From the NCBI GenBank assembly GCA_029565675.1, contig JAKQNP010000046.1:107595-171594 (forward strand): 64,000 nt of DNA. Reading direction: 5' to 3'. This stretch comes from a bacterium. Its GTDB lineage: Bacteria; Zhuqueibacterota; Zhuqueibacteria; Residuimicrobiales; Oceaniaggregativiventaceae. Below the pieces are notes generated by a model. That model did no database searches. It was not told the DNA's origin and worked only from the letters and a program-made list of their open reading frames with translations. Shown one piece after another: positions 30,101 to 39,200 of this stretch. Position 1 is the first letter of the stretch; each line of letters starts with the position of its first letter. Position numbers and translations under genes: made by a program.

Positions 30101-31360
30101 CAATCCAACGGCGCTCTGGTAACCGATGTAAACCAGGATGGAATTGCCGAGTTTTGGGTGAGCAACGGTGAATCAACCTTTTCTTTCAGCGCTGTCGGCA
30201 GTCAATCCGCCCCGGCAGCACCGGTGGGACTGACCGCCAGACCTACTGGTCCCGATAGGGTAGAGCTGCGTTGGTACGACGTCCCCGGAGCGGTTGAATA
30301 CCGAATCTATCGCGGTTCGGAATCCGAGCCGCTGCATTTTTATCGCGCCAGCACGGTATCCACCTGGCTCGACACAACCGTACTGGCGGATCGGCTCTAC
30401 CACTACGCTGTTCAGACCGTCGATCCACTGCGTCAACCGGTTACCAGTTTGCTCTCGGACTTGGTGTTTGCGCGTCCGGGTGCGCGTCCGGTTTTGTTGT
30501 CTGCGCAGATGGAAACCAGTCATCAGGTTCGTCTGATCTTCAGTGAACCTTTAAACGAAAAAGCCGCCTATCCCGACCAGTACCGGATCGAACCGGAATT
30601 GGGGCCGTTCTCGTCCGCTGCACAAACGGCGTCCGGCGCTCATGTTATTTTGACCACCAGGGATGCGATCAGCGCTGGTCAACTCTATACCGTATCGGTT
30701 GCCGGGCTCGAAGACCTCGATGGCACACCCCTGGATGAGAGCCAATCTGTTGCAGAATTTTATGGGATGGAAAGCCTTTTTCCGCCCTATCTCGTCAGCG
30801 GCGAACGGATTGCGGCTGATCGGATTGAGTTGATCTTTAGTGTCGATATGGATATTGCCACTCTGTTGGACACTCGCAATTATGATATGGGGACAGAAAT
30901 CGGAATTAAAACTGCGGTTGCGATCGACGGTAAAATCGATCGTGTTCGGTTGACCCTAAATGCCCCTTCGGGTTTCGGCGCTTTTGGCAAAACCTATTTT
31001 GTTCGAGTTTTCAATGTAAAAAGCGCGCATGGCATCGAAATTCAGGCGGGGCGCGGCGATTATCTCAGCCTGATCTTTGCCCGGACCGATTTGGCAGATG
31101 TTTTCACTTATCCCAATCCTTATCGCGCCGGCATCGACGGCCAAAATATTGTATTTGCAAATTTGACCCGCGAAGCCGAAATTACAGTGTTTACCCTTGA
31201 TGGGCGGCCGATATGCCAATTGTTTGAAGAAGACGGCGATGGCGGTGTCGAATGGGACGTCTGCAACGAGCAGGGTGACGCAGTGGCCACGGGCATCTAC
31301 CTCTATCAGGTGCGCTCGGGCGACCAGAGAAAAATGGGCAAATTGGCGATAGTGCGCTGA
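27116..31360 (+). CDS. Secreted S8 subtilase with FG-GAP repeats, FN3/Ig domains and a T9SS-type tail
   Basis: Catalytic triad VIDTG / HGTGVAG / GTSFAAP; DxDxDG repeats; FN3 (PAAPVGL..W..YRIYR); tail YPNPYR...ATGIYLY...KLAIVR. Confidence 0.9.
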   Translation: MQTGGFPKIISFLLLLLAFDPGAAQQTLLVKLKQKPITLQKQNSQSTGIAQIDFYLESLSVIRLQAIHSTLSSQTLAQADAHAVDRWIAVVLPDTVDLMAVLSRLRSLPQVEIAAVNRTFRLHSLTNDPYLSSQWALAKIGAFAAWEVQQGNKDIPVAVIDTGIDYLHPDLSGTMWLNEQEDLNGNGRLDAEDLNGIDDDQNGFIDDVLGWDFTDAPGYPDTGDYLGRDNDPMDELGHGTGVAGIIAAVADNGIGIAGAAPGCRLMNLRSFTARGLGEEDDTAAAVLYAVDNGARVINMSWGDEVVTPLLEDVLNYAAAKNVVLVASAGNSATDRIHYPSAFASTISVGASTRTDNRAGFSNFGPTIDLLAPGAEILSTGLAASYDSTLNGTSFAAPFVSAAAALLLSQDADLNAQAVRGILQSTADDLGTKGWDPYFGAGRLNVARALGVANAAIAQINWPEIDSGWIEGPLDIVGSAWSPNLDTYTLSYGAGDNPTSWTDIVPPQRTMVIDGILGRWEKLPSEEGSYLLRLALYNRDGSEVQSSVRIYIDRTPPIVKNIDFLPMIDGNRRSMLIQVQTDDLCEGVLLYRPAGSDLPFQERRLPYRSTDLSFNWSQTEITGSFDVKLRLVNRVGLATEADRDGQLYAIDLDQPPIDVVRYTANPWRFPFSYLANRAVDFDNNGFPEIVANTYLDGAFDALRFYEFNGVDVLLKSVIPTKLIPRDLRLDDRGRGALLAGYGFDSFLYSAVADGQLPLQVNLHWPASDAQNFLASRFIDVDNDGQDEFLMRLVEPGSTADSDRFVLLRAEQANPAQVIFELTNPTSGENYNGIPHAEIADFDGDGKREILLGDSDGDIYIFEQQSIHQFVPTWSERLPLSDAIDFLASGDFDGDGNIDFIAGCHSEDGEFNSEHDYDARHWLFRIYSAVGDNDYAPVDEWRFMGYESTRDFLSGVSCGDIDGDGIEEILLAVFPDFYVIDWNASTGYEIVFHHTPIQSNGALVTDVNQDGIAEFWVSNGESTFSFSAVGSQSAPAAPVGLTARPTGPDRVELRWYDVPGAVEYRIYRGSESEPLHFYRASTVSTWLDTTVLADRLYHYAVQTVDPLRQPVTSLLSDLVFARPGARPVLLSAQMETSHQVRLIFSEPLNEKAAYPDQYRIEPELGPFSSAAQTASGAHVILTTRDAISAGQLYTVSVAGLEDLDGTPLDESQSVAEFYGMESLFPPYLVSGERIAADRIELIFSVDMDIATLLDTRNYDMGTEIGIKTAVAIDGKIDRVRLTLNAPSGFGAFGKTYFVRVFNVKSAHGIEIQAGRGDYLSLIFARTDLADVFTYPNPYRAGIDGQNIVFANLTREAEITVFTLDGRPICQLFEEDGDGGVEWDVCNEQGDAVATGIYLYQVRSGDQRKMGKLAIVR

Positions 31361-31369
31361 GGCGATGAA

Positions 31370-32005
31370 ATGGCAAAGCGGGTCATCGGATTGACCGGTT
31401 CATTCGGCAGCGGAAAAACCGCAGTGGCGCACCTGCTGCAGGAAAAAGGGGCATTGGTCATCGATGTCGACGAGGCCGGCCGTTGGGCTGTGGATGCCAA
31501 TGCATCCGTACAAGAAACGCTGCGCCTGACTTTCGGCGATGTTTATTTTCCCGACCACCGCCTCGATCGACGGCGGTTGGGAAAGTTGGTTTTTGCTGAC
31601 GATGATGCCCGCAAGCGGCTCAATGCCATTGTGCATCCGGTCATGATCCTGCGAGTCGAAGAATTGTTGCAGCAGGCACAGTTGGCAAAAAATCCCTGGC
31701 CGTATATTGTTGTCGATGCCGCTCTGCTCTTTGAATTGCAGCTCAACCGTCTTTGTGATTGGGTGGTAACCGTGAGTGCCCCCGAGTCGATCCGAATCCG
31801 CCGCGCCCGCCGCCGCGATCGCATCAGCCAGCAGGATGCCATGGATCGAATCCATGCACAAATGGCAGAGCATGATAAAATTCGGCTGGCGGATTATGTG
31901 TTGGATAATTCCGATTCATTGCGCACATTATCGGGTCGCGTAGAAACACTGCACCGCTGGATTCTAAAAAAAGTCGCTGAACTGAACGCGACGGGAAGCG
32001 TCTGA
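31370..32005 (+). CDS. coaE: Dephospho-CoA kinase
   Basis: IGLTGSFGSGKT, LDRRRLG, LNAIVHP, DAALLFE, ADYVLDN. Confidence 0.95.
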   Translation: MAKRVIGLTGSFGSGKTAVAHLLQEKGALVIDVDEAGRWAVDANASVQETLRLTFGDVYFPDHRLDRRRLGKLVFADDDARKRLNAIVHPVMILRVEELLQQAQLAKNPWPYIVVDAALLFELQLNRLCDWVVTVSAPESIRIRRARRRDRISQQDAMDRIHAQMAEHDKIRLADYVLDNSDSLRTLSGRVETLHRWILKKVAELNATGSV

Positions 32006-32035
32006 CACCACCTGGTTAAAATGGGGTTGGTGTAA

Positions 32036-34441
32036 ATGGTGCATAAATTTCCGGCAGTTTTTCTGTTTCTGGCGATACTTCTCGGCGCTCTCGCCGCGGG
32101 CACACTGGAGATTGCGGCAAGCCGGCTGCTCGCCGCAACCTGGCTTCTATGGGCAGGCACTGTTCTTTGTTATTTGCGCGATCGCCGACATTTGTTTATG
32201 GCCCTCGGCGCGGTGACGGCTTTTTGCTGTGGACTGACGATCACTGCTCTGCGATTGCATGAAAACCGCGGCAATGCAGTAGAGCAATTCGCTGAGCAAT
32301 CGGAACCCGTTGCTGTGGAAGGAACGATCGCCAGCAGCATCGATCATCGGCCCCAGGGTTGTGCATTTGTTCTGCAGGCTGACTCGCTCTTTTTTTACGA
32401 TCATGCTCCGCTGGCCGTCAACGGCAGGATTTGGGTGCGTGTTTTGCAGAGCAGTGAACCATTGCGCTATGGCGACCGCATCGTGATGCGCGGTACTCTG
32501 CAATTGCCCTCTGCAGCGCGCAATCCGGGCGAGTTCGATTATCGCGACCATCTGGCCAAACAGCGCATCACTGCAACCATGCGGATCAGCGAACCGTTTT
32601 TAATCGCCCGCTTGCAGGGCTGGCAGGGCAGTGGATTGCAGCGCAAAATCATCGATCCGGCCCGGCTCTCCATACGCAACACTTTGGCCAGAACTCTGCA
32701 AGGCCATGAAGCTGCGTTGGTCAACGGATTGTTGCTGGGCAGCCGCGGCGAAATCGATCCCGAAATCAAAGAGGCCTTCAGTAATGTCGGAGTGATACAC
32801 GTTTTGGCGGTATCCGGTCTGCATGTGGCCTTTTTTGCGGGTGCGCTGTTGGTCGGTTTGTCGCTGTTGCGCGTTCCGTATGGCGCGCGCATGATCTTGG
32901 TGCTGGCTGGACTATTTTTCTATTGCCAGCTGACCGGTGCTCATCCTCCGGTTGTGCGCGCTTCGATCATGTTGGGCATTTTGATCGGTGGATATTTCTT
33001 CCAGCGCCATTCCAACCCGATCAATTCCCTGGCGGTTGCCGCAGTGGTGGTCTGGTGGTACAATCCGCTCGAACTGTTTACCGCCAGTTTTCAGCTCAGT
33101 TTTGTCGCGGTCATTGGCATTCTGGTGCTTTACCGGCCAATGCAGCGGGTCATCAACCGGTTGAAATGGCAAAATCGCGGAGGGATGTTCTCGCTGGCGC
33201 ACCAGGTGCTCGGTTTGCTGGCCGTTTCTTTGGCTGCTCAACTGGCAACCGCTCCGTTGATCGCGCTCTATTTTAATCGCATTCCGCTGTTGGCGCTGCC
33301 GATCAATTGTCTGGTGGTGCCATTGACCGGTGTGACAGTTGCGCTCGGCTATCTCGCAGCGGCTGTCAGTCCGTTATCGCTTTTTGTCGGTGATTGTTAT
33401 GCCGAAGCTGCGCGCCTGACGGCAGGCGCCATGATTGAAATTGTGCAATGGGCAAATCGATTGCCCTTGGCTTATACGACTCTGGCTACACCCAGCACCT
33501 GGCTGCTGTTCACCTATGCTCTGGCTTTGTTGGCGATCTTTTCGTATCCCAACCGCCAGTGGCGCGGAAAAACCTTGATCGCCAATCTGATCGTCTGGAA
33601 CCTGATCGTTTGGCGGTCGCTCTGGGGCGATCCGAGTTGCCCTTTGGTTTCTTTTCTCGATGTCGGGCAGGGCGATGCCATCGTTCTGCAGACTGCCGAT
33701 CGCCAGGCCGTCCTGATCGATGCAGGCGATTGTACAGAAAATTGGGACAGCGGCCGACAGACAATCGTGCCCTTTCTCGTGCGAAACGGCATTCGACGTT
33801 TGCATACGGTGATCATCACTCATCCGCATGCCGATCATATCGGCGGTTTGCCGTATCTGTTGCAGACTATGCGCATCGATCGGTTGATTTACAATCGCCT
33901 CGATCTCGATTTGCCGTTCTGCAGCACCATCGACAGCCTGGTCAATGCCTGGGGCGTACCGGTCCAATCGGTCGTCGCCGGAGATACCCTGCGCGGCCCG
34001 GATCCGCTGATCGTTTGGGTTTTAAATCCGACCGCGCGCGATCTGCAACTGGCCAGGCAGAACCCGGCGCGAGTCAATGACGCCAGCATTGTCGTGCGCG
34101 TCATGACCGGGCGCGCCTCCATGTTGCTGCTCGGCGACGCCGAAGAGCCGAGCGAACAGCGCTTGTTGCGCTTCGGCCCGCTGATCAATTGCCAGCTGGT
34201 CAAGGTGGGGCACCATGGCAGCCCGACCGCCAGTTCTGCCGATTTTGTCGCTGCCGCCGCTCCAGAGTTCGCGGTCGTTTCAGTCGGCAAAAACAATCGA
34301 TTCGGTTTACCGTCACCGCAAGCGCTGCACACCTGGCGCAGCACAGGTGCCCAGGTTTATTGTACCGATATCTGCGGTTGCCTGCAGTTTGCAGCCGACG
34401 GCGACGAATGGCGATCCATAAAATGGCGAAAGTCCATATGA
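32036..34441 (+). CDS. comEC: DNA-uptake channel ComEC/Rec2
   Basis: OB domain with RNPGEFDY; HVLAVSGLHV; SFQLSF; MBL domain DVGQGD, THPHADHIGG, KVGHHGS. Confidence 0.95.
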   Translation: MVHKFPAVFLFLAILLGALAAGTLEIAASRLLAATWLLWAGTVLCYLRDRRHLFMALGAVTAFCCGLTITALRLHENRGNAVEQFAEQSEPVAVEGTIASSIDHRPQGCAFVLQADSLFFYDHAPLAVNGRIWVRVLQSSEPLRYGDRIVMRGTLQLPSAARNPGEFDYRDHLAKQRITATMRISEPFLIARLQGWQGSGLQRKIIDPARLSIRNTLARTLQGHEAALVNGLLLGSRGEIDPEIKEAFSNVGVIHVLAVSGLHVAFFAGALLVGLSLLRVPYGARMILVLAGLFFYCQLTGAHPPVVRASIMLGILIGGYFFQRHSNPINSLAVAAVVVWWYNPLELFTASFQLSFVAVIGILVLYRPMQRVINRLKWQNRGGMFSLAHQVLGLLAVSLAAQLATAPLIALYFNRIPLLALPINCLVVPLTGVTVALGYLAAAVSPLSLFVGDCYAEAARLTAGAMIEIVQWANRLPLAYTTLATPSTWLLFTYALALLAIFSYPNRQWRGKTLIANLIVWNLIVWRSLWGDPSCPLVSFLDVGQGDAIVLQTADRQAVLIDAGDCTENWDSGRQTIVPFLVRNGIRRLHTVIITHPHADHIGGLPYLLQTMRIDRLIYNRLDLDLPFCSTIDSLVNAWGVPVQSVVAGDTLRGPDPLIVWVLNPTARDLQLARQNPARVNDASIVVRVMTGRASMLLLGDAEEPSEQRLLRFGPLINCQLVKVGHHGSPTASSADFVAAAAPEFAVVSVGKNNRFGLPSPQALHTWRSTGAQVYCTDICGCLQFAADGDEWRSIKWRKSI

Positions 34442-34445
34442 GCAG

Positions 34446-36170
34446 ATGACAACCATCAATGAAAAAAATTTGACGCCTCTGGCACACGGGTCACTCTGGA
34501 CCATTTATCAAGCCGAGTCACCGGAAACCGGCGAACGCCTTTGGTTTCGCGTGCTGAAACAAAACTTGAGCAATGATCAGGTCATGGTCGATGCTTTTTT
34601 CCGTTCGTGCGAGCTCTCGCGGACCATTGCGCATCCCAATTCACTGACCCTGCGCGAGTATGGAAGCATTCAATCTACCCACTATGCGGTTTATTCGGCG
34701 TTTGATGGCATCGATTTCGAAACCTGGCTGCAAAAAACCAAAAAACTTTTGCTCGAACGCGCCCTGCAAATCATGCGACAAATCGCCGATGTCAGTTATC
34801 GCTATTCCCTCGCCGGCATCCCGCATGGTGCATTGACCGCGAAAAGCATTTTTATCAATTCCGATAGCCAGGTAAAAGTCGTTGATTTTGGTTCCACTGA
34901 ACTGATCCGCCATGCCGTGCACAATTATTCACAAATGCTGTTGCCCTTGTGGCCCTATTGCGCGCCTGAATTGTTGACTGGCGAGTACAGTCCGACAAAT
35001 CGGAGTGAATTATATGCGGTCGGCGTGGTCTATAAACTGCTGTTGACTGGCGCGTTGCCTTTTGCCGGCGGCAATCTCGAGACAATTCTGGAAAAGAAAC
35101 AGAATCCCATTCCTTCTGCCCGGAGCGGTAAAAATGTGCAGCATGGCTGGGAACGCTTGATCAACCGGATGCTGCAACCGCAAGAAGAAGACCGATTGGC
35201 TAATTTTTTGGAGTTGCGCACCGAATTGGGAATGTCTGAATCACCCGACCTGACCGATGATGAAGCCGAAAATCATAACGATCAGCATTGGTTCAGTCCG
35301 CTGATAGAGCGGTTTAATGAGCCGATGTGGATCAAACAAGTGGTCGGCAGCAAAAGGCGGATTCTGTTTTTGTTCCTTGCGCTTTTTGTCTTCTTTGCTG
35401 TCATTGTCGGCGGATTGCTTGTCACCGAGATCAATGCACCGCGCGTGGATGAAATGACCATCTATGAAGAATTTGTTTCAAAACTCGACGATGAGCAACT
35501 GCCTGCAACCCCTGTCGGTGAAATGGCAGAAACCGATGCGACTCCGGCACCCAAGACGATGACCACCCGGGAACCTGCCCGCCAACCGAGTTCCACCCCG
35601 CGGGATGGAAGAATTGCTGCCCCTGCAGAACCGCTGGCCAACAGACAGGCAAACCAACCGCCATCGTCGGTTCCTCAATCCAGTGAGGCGATAAAACAAT
35701 CCGGATCTGTGCTGGTCAAATTCAACGGTACGGTCTATGCCGATCGGATTCGTCTGCCGGGAGAATCAGAACCGCGGACACTGCCGGCAACCGCAGAATT
35801 GGAACCTGGAACCTATCGCGTCGTTTATTTTTCATCGACTGGAACGTTCCGCTGGGAGACACAGATTGCCGTCGGCACAAATTCAGTGTCAGAGATTGCA
35901 TTTCCAGCCGATCAGATCAAATATGGCCAGTTGGATATCAGCGTTGAGAATGCCTTTGATTTTGGCTTTGTTTTTGTTTCCATAAATGCCGGAAAGCCTT
36001 TAACCACGCCGGCCCATGTCGAACTCCCGGTCGGCCACCATCATCTCAAATTTCAACGGCCGGGGTATCTCTGTTTTCCCAGCGATACGGTCATCGCAGT
36101 GCTCTCCGGACAGAGGAACACCATCAGCTGTCGGCTGGAACCGGTTAACGATACCGACGAATCGAACTGA
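34446..36170 (+). CDS. Hanks-type Ser/Thr kinase-like membrane protein (probable pseudokinase) with an extracytoplasmic PEGA-like C-terminus
   Basis: HPN, KVVDFG, YCAPE and LLTGALPF retained; VAIK and HRD..N lost; TM helix; P/T-rich linker; TTP..LPVGHHHLKFQRPGY. Confidence 0.8.
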   Translation: MTTINEKNLTPLAHGSLWTIYQAESPETGERLWFRVLKQNLSNDQVMVDAFFRSCELSRTIAHPNSLTLREYGSIQSTHYAVYSAFDGIDFETWLQKTKKLLLERALQIMRQIADVSYRYSLAGIPHGALTAKSIFINSDSQVKVVDFGSTELIRHAVHNYSQMLLPLWPYCAPELLTGEYSPTNRSELYAVGVVYKLLLTGALPFAGGNLETILEKKQNPIPSARSGKNVQHGWERLINRMLQPQEEDRLANFLELRTELGMSESPDLTDDEAENHNDQHWFSPLIERFNEPMWIKQVVGSKRRILFLFLALFVFFAVIVGGLLVTEINAPRVDEMTIYEEFVSKLDDEQLPATPVGEMAETDATPAPKTMTTREPARQPSSTPRDGRIAAPAEPLANRQANQPPSSVPQSSEAIKQSGSVLVKFNGTVYADRIRLPGESEPRTLPATAELEPGTYRVVYFSSTGTFRWETQIAVGTNSVSEIAFPADQIKYGQLDISVENAFDFGFVFVSINAGKPLTTPAHVELPVGHHHLKFQRPGYLCFPSDTVIAVLSGQRNTISCRLEPVNDTDESN

Positions 36171-36217
36171 TCGCCCAAACAACCAGCAGCCTGCAGCTGC
36201 CTGGCGAGGAGATTCTT

Positions 36218-39200
36218 TTGTTCAAGCGAATCATTCAACTTTTGCTTTTGTTCACCTGGTTCGCATTGACCAGTCCGGCACTTGCTCAGGTCTGGCCGAT
36301 CGAGAGAGTGACCCCTGCCAATAACAGCATCGCCGTAGATCGCTCTTCTGCAGTAAGCGTTGCCTTTAGCGAGCCGATGGATGCTGCATCGATCGATTCA
36401 GCATCATTTTTCTTGTACGGCCAGAAAAGCGGCCGAATGACTGGTCGCGTTTTTTATCAAGGCGATACTCGCACGGCGCTATTTATCCCGACAAAATCCT
36501 TCTTGCCGGGCGATCAGATCACCGCAATCCTGAGCAACAAAATCCGCAGCGCCGGCGGGACCTCCATGAGTCTCGGCTATGTCTGGAATTTTACAGCTGA
36601 AGTGATTGCCGGTACTGCCTCATTCATCCCGCAATCCTTCTCTTTCGACCTGGAGATCTATTCCCTGACCACTGCAGACGCTGACCAGGATGGCCAAACC
36701 GATCTCATACTGACCGGCTCTGACGGCACAAACAGTGTCCTGCAAATCCGTTCGTATAAACAGGGCAACTGGATGACGCTTGCGAGCATGCCGATTCCGG
36801 CTCGCACGCGTCCGGTCATTGCTGCAGATCTAAATCGCGATGGATTTCCTGATTATGTTTTGGTGCACCGCGACACCACTTTATACAACTTGCGCAAATT
36901 AAGCACCTGCCTCAGCCGGGCTGATGGCACGCACTTTATTTCCCAAACCATCGAGATCACCCAGTCATTACTTGTCGAACCCCGCTATGTCACCATCAGC
37001 GACTGGAACGGTGACGGTTGGCTCGATATTGCCGTGGTCAAACGCGTTGATCTTTCAGTGAACGAGCCTGCGGCAATGGTCTATCTCAACCAGGGAGGAG
37101 GCCGGTTTGCCGCCGATCATCAGGCTGATCGCCTGTTCTGGAACGAAAAACTTGCAGAACGGATCACTGACGGCGATTTTGACAATGACGGTCTGATCGA
37201 TCTGGGCATCAGCCGCCAGGGCCGCACAAAAGCTCTGCAGCTGTTCCGCAATACAGGAAATGCACAATTCAACAACAACGCCGATTACAGCATCACCACC
37301 AATTATGGCAGCGACCTGGAAAATGTGGTCTCCGCTGATCTCAACAACGATGGCGGTCTCGATCTGCTGGTCGCAGATCGAGTCTCCAGCCGCTTGGTTT
37401 CCTATCTCAATCGCACAAAAAAAATTGGTTCAATCAGTTTTGACAGCGGTTCGATGGTGGTCGCATATGATTTGCCCACTGGACTCGATGTGGGTGATCT
37501 TGACGCCGACGACGATCTGGACGCCATCACATCCGGATATGACTCGACCGGTGTGAGCATCTTTACCAATATCGGCACCGGCCGTTTTACCTTGCAGCCC
37601 AGAATGGTTTTGTCACCCAATTCCCGCATGGTCGCGATTGCTGATCTCAACCATGACGGCGCACTCGACGCGGTCCTGGGACAAGACCATGGCAGAATAA
37701 CACTGCTGGTCAACAAGTCACAGATCAATGAACCGCCGCAACCGCCGATTCCGTTGCTTCCGCTCAGCGGTTCCTTTTCTTCCCAAGCCGATGTCTCGTT
37801 GGTTTGGCGTTCCGGAGGCGATGCCCAGAGCGACTTGCTCCACTTTATCGTCACCGTGCGCGGTTTGACTTCCGGTACACCCGCAGAAATCGTTGTCGAT
37901 TCTCGCCTTACTCCGGAACGTTTCACTCCGCAGTTGCCCTCCAACGACAACCAAATCGAATGGACCTTGGCTTATACTTTGCCAGCCGACGGCGACTATG
38001 TTTGGAGCGTCCGCGCTTGGGACGGCTATTTTTACAGCACCGCATCACCCTGGCACAATCTGCTGATCGATACCCGCGCTCCACGACAGATCTCTGCCAA
38101 ATTGCCGCAAGCCGTCTATCTCGATCGTTGGGTCAACACCGCCGCTCAGGAGTTGCAGCTCGACGTCATCTACAGCGAAGAACATCCCGATCGAGTGCAA
38201 TTGGAGATTCCATCTCGCTCTGCTATCTGGACCATTGATTCGCCGCCAGCAGGGGAATTGCAGACTGTTATCTTCAAAGTACCGGCAGGGCAATGGCCAG
38301 ACGCTCGATATGACTATACCGTCACGGTCAGCGATTCCGCCGGCAACCGCACAGATTATCATTCCTGGTTCGGCAGCGATAGCCACGCCCCGACTCAGAC
38401 GCTGGCGGCGGCTGTCACCGACAGTTCATCCGATCTCTTTTTTACTGTTTTCTGGCAAGGGGGCACCGATGGCAGCGGCAGCGGTTTGAGCGGTGAGACC
38501 GCAGTTCGTGTCCGCAAAAACGGCGGACCCTGGTTCGATTGGCTGGCCCGCATCGACCAGAGCAGCGCCACTTTCGAAGGCGAACAATATAGCGTTTATG
38601 ACTTTGAAGCAGCCTCCTACGACCAGGTTGGCCTGCTCGAGGCGTTCACCGGCATCGCTGAAACCTCGGTTTTTGTCGATACCACCCTGGACGATTCCAC
38701 GCCGCCCGCATCGCCGCTGGATCTGACAGCAAATGGCAGCAATCCCAGCCCGTGGCAGAGCGGCTCTACTTTTGCCATCAACTGGATCAATCCGGTCGAC
38801 GAAAGCGGCATTGCCCGCAGTTATCGCAAATTGGGAACTGCCCCGACTTTTGATGATGATTTTGATGCCGTCGGACCTGCCAGTGGTCCATTTTCCATTG
38901 ACTCTCGCATGGAGGGAGAACAACCTCTCTATCTTTGGCTTGAAGATGGCCGTGGCAACCGCGATTATAACCACAATGCCCGCGTCGGCTTGCGCCACGA
39001 TAGCACTCTGCCGATAGTGGATTCTCTGGTTTTCCGCGCTTCTCCTAATTGGATTGACAAGGAAGGCTTGATGTGGATCAATCCGCTTCGCATCGCCAAC
39101 CTCTTCGCCACGGTCTACTATTCCGAAAGCCATGCCAAACACGCCGAATTGCAGTCCGCTGCTTTGCCGACACCTCTGCTTATCTCAGAGCTGCCGTCCG

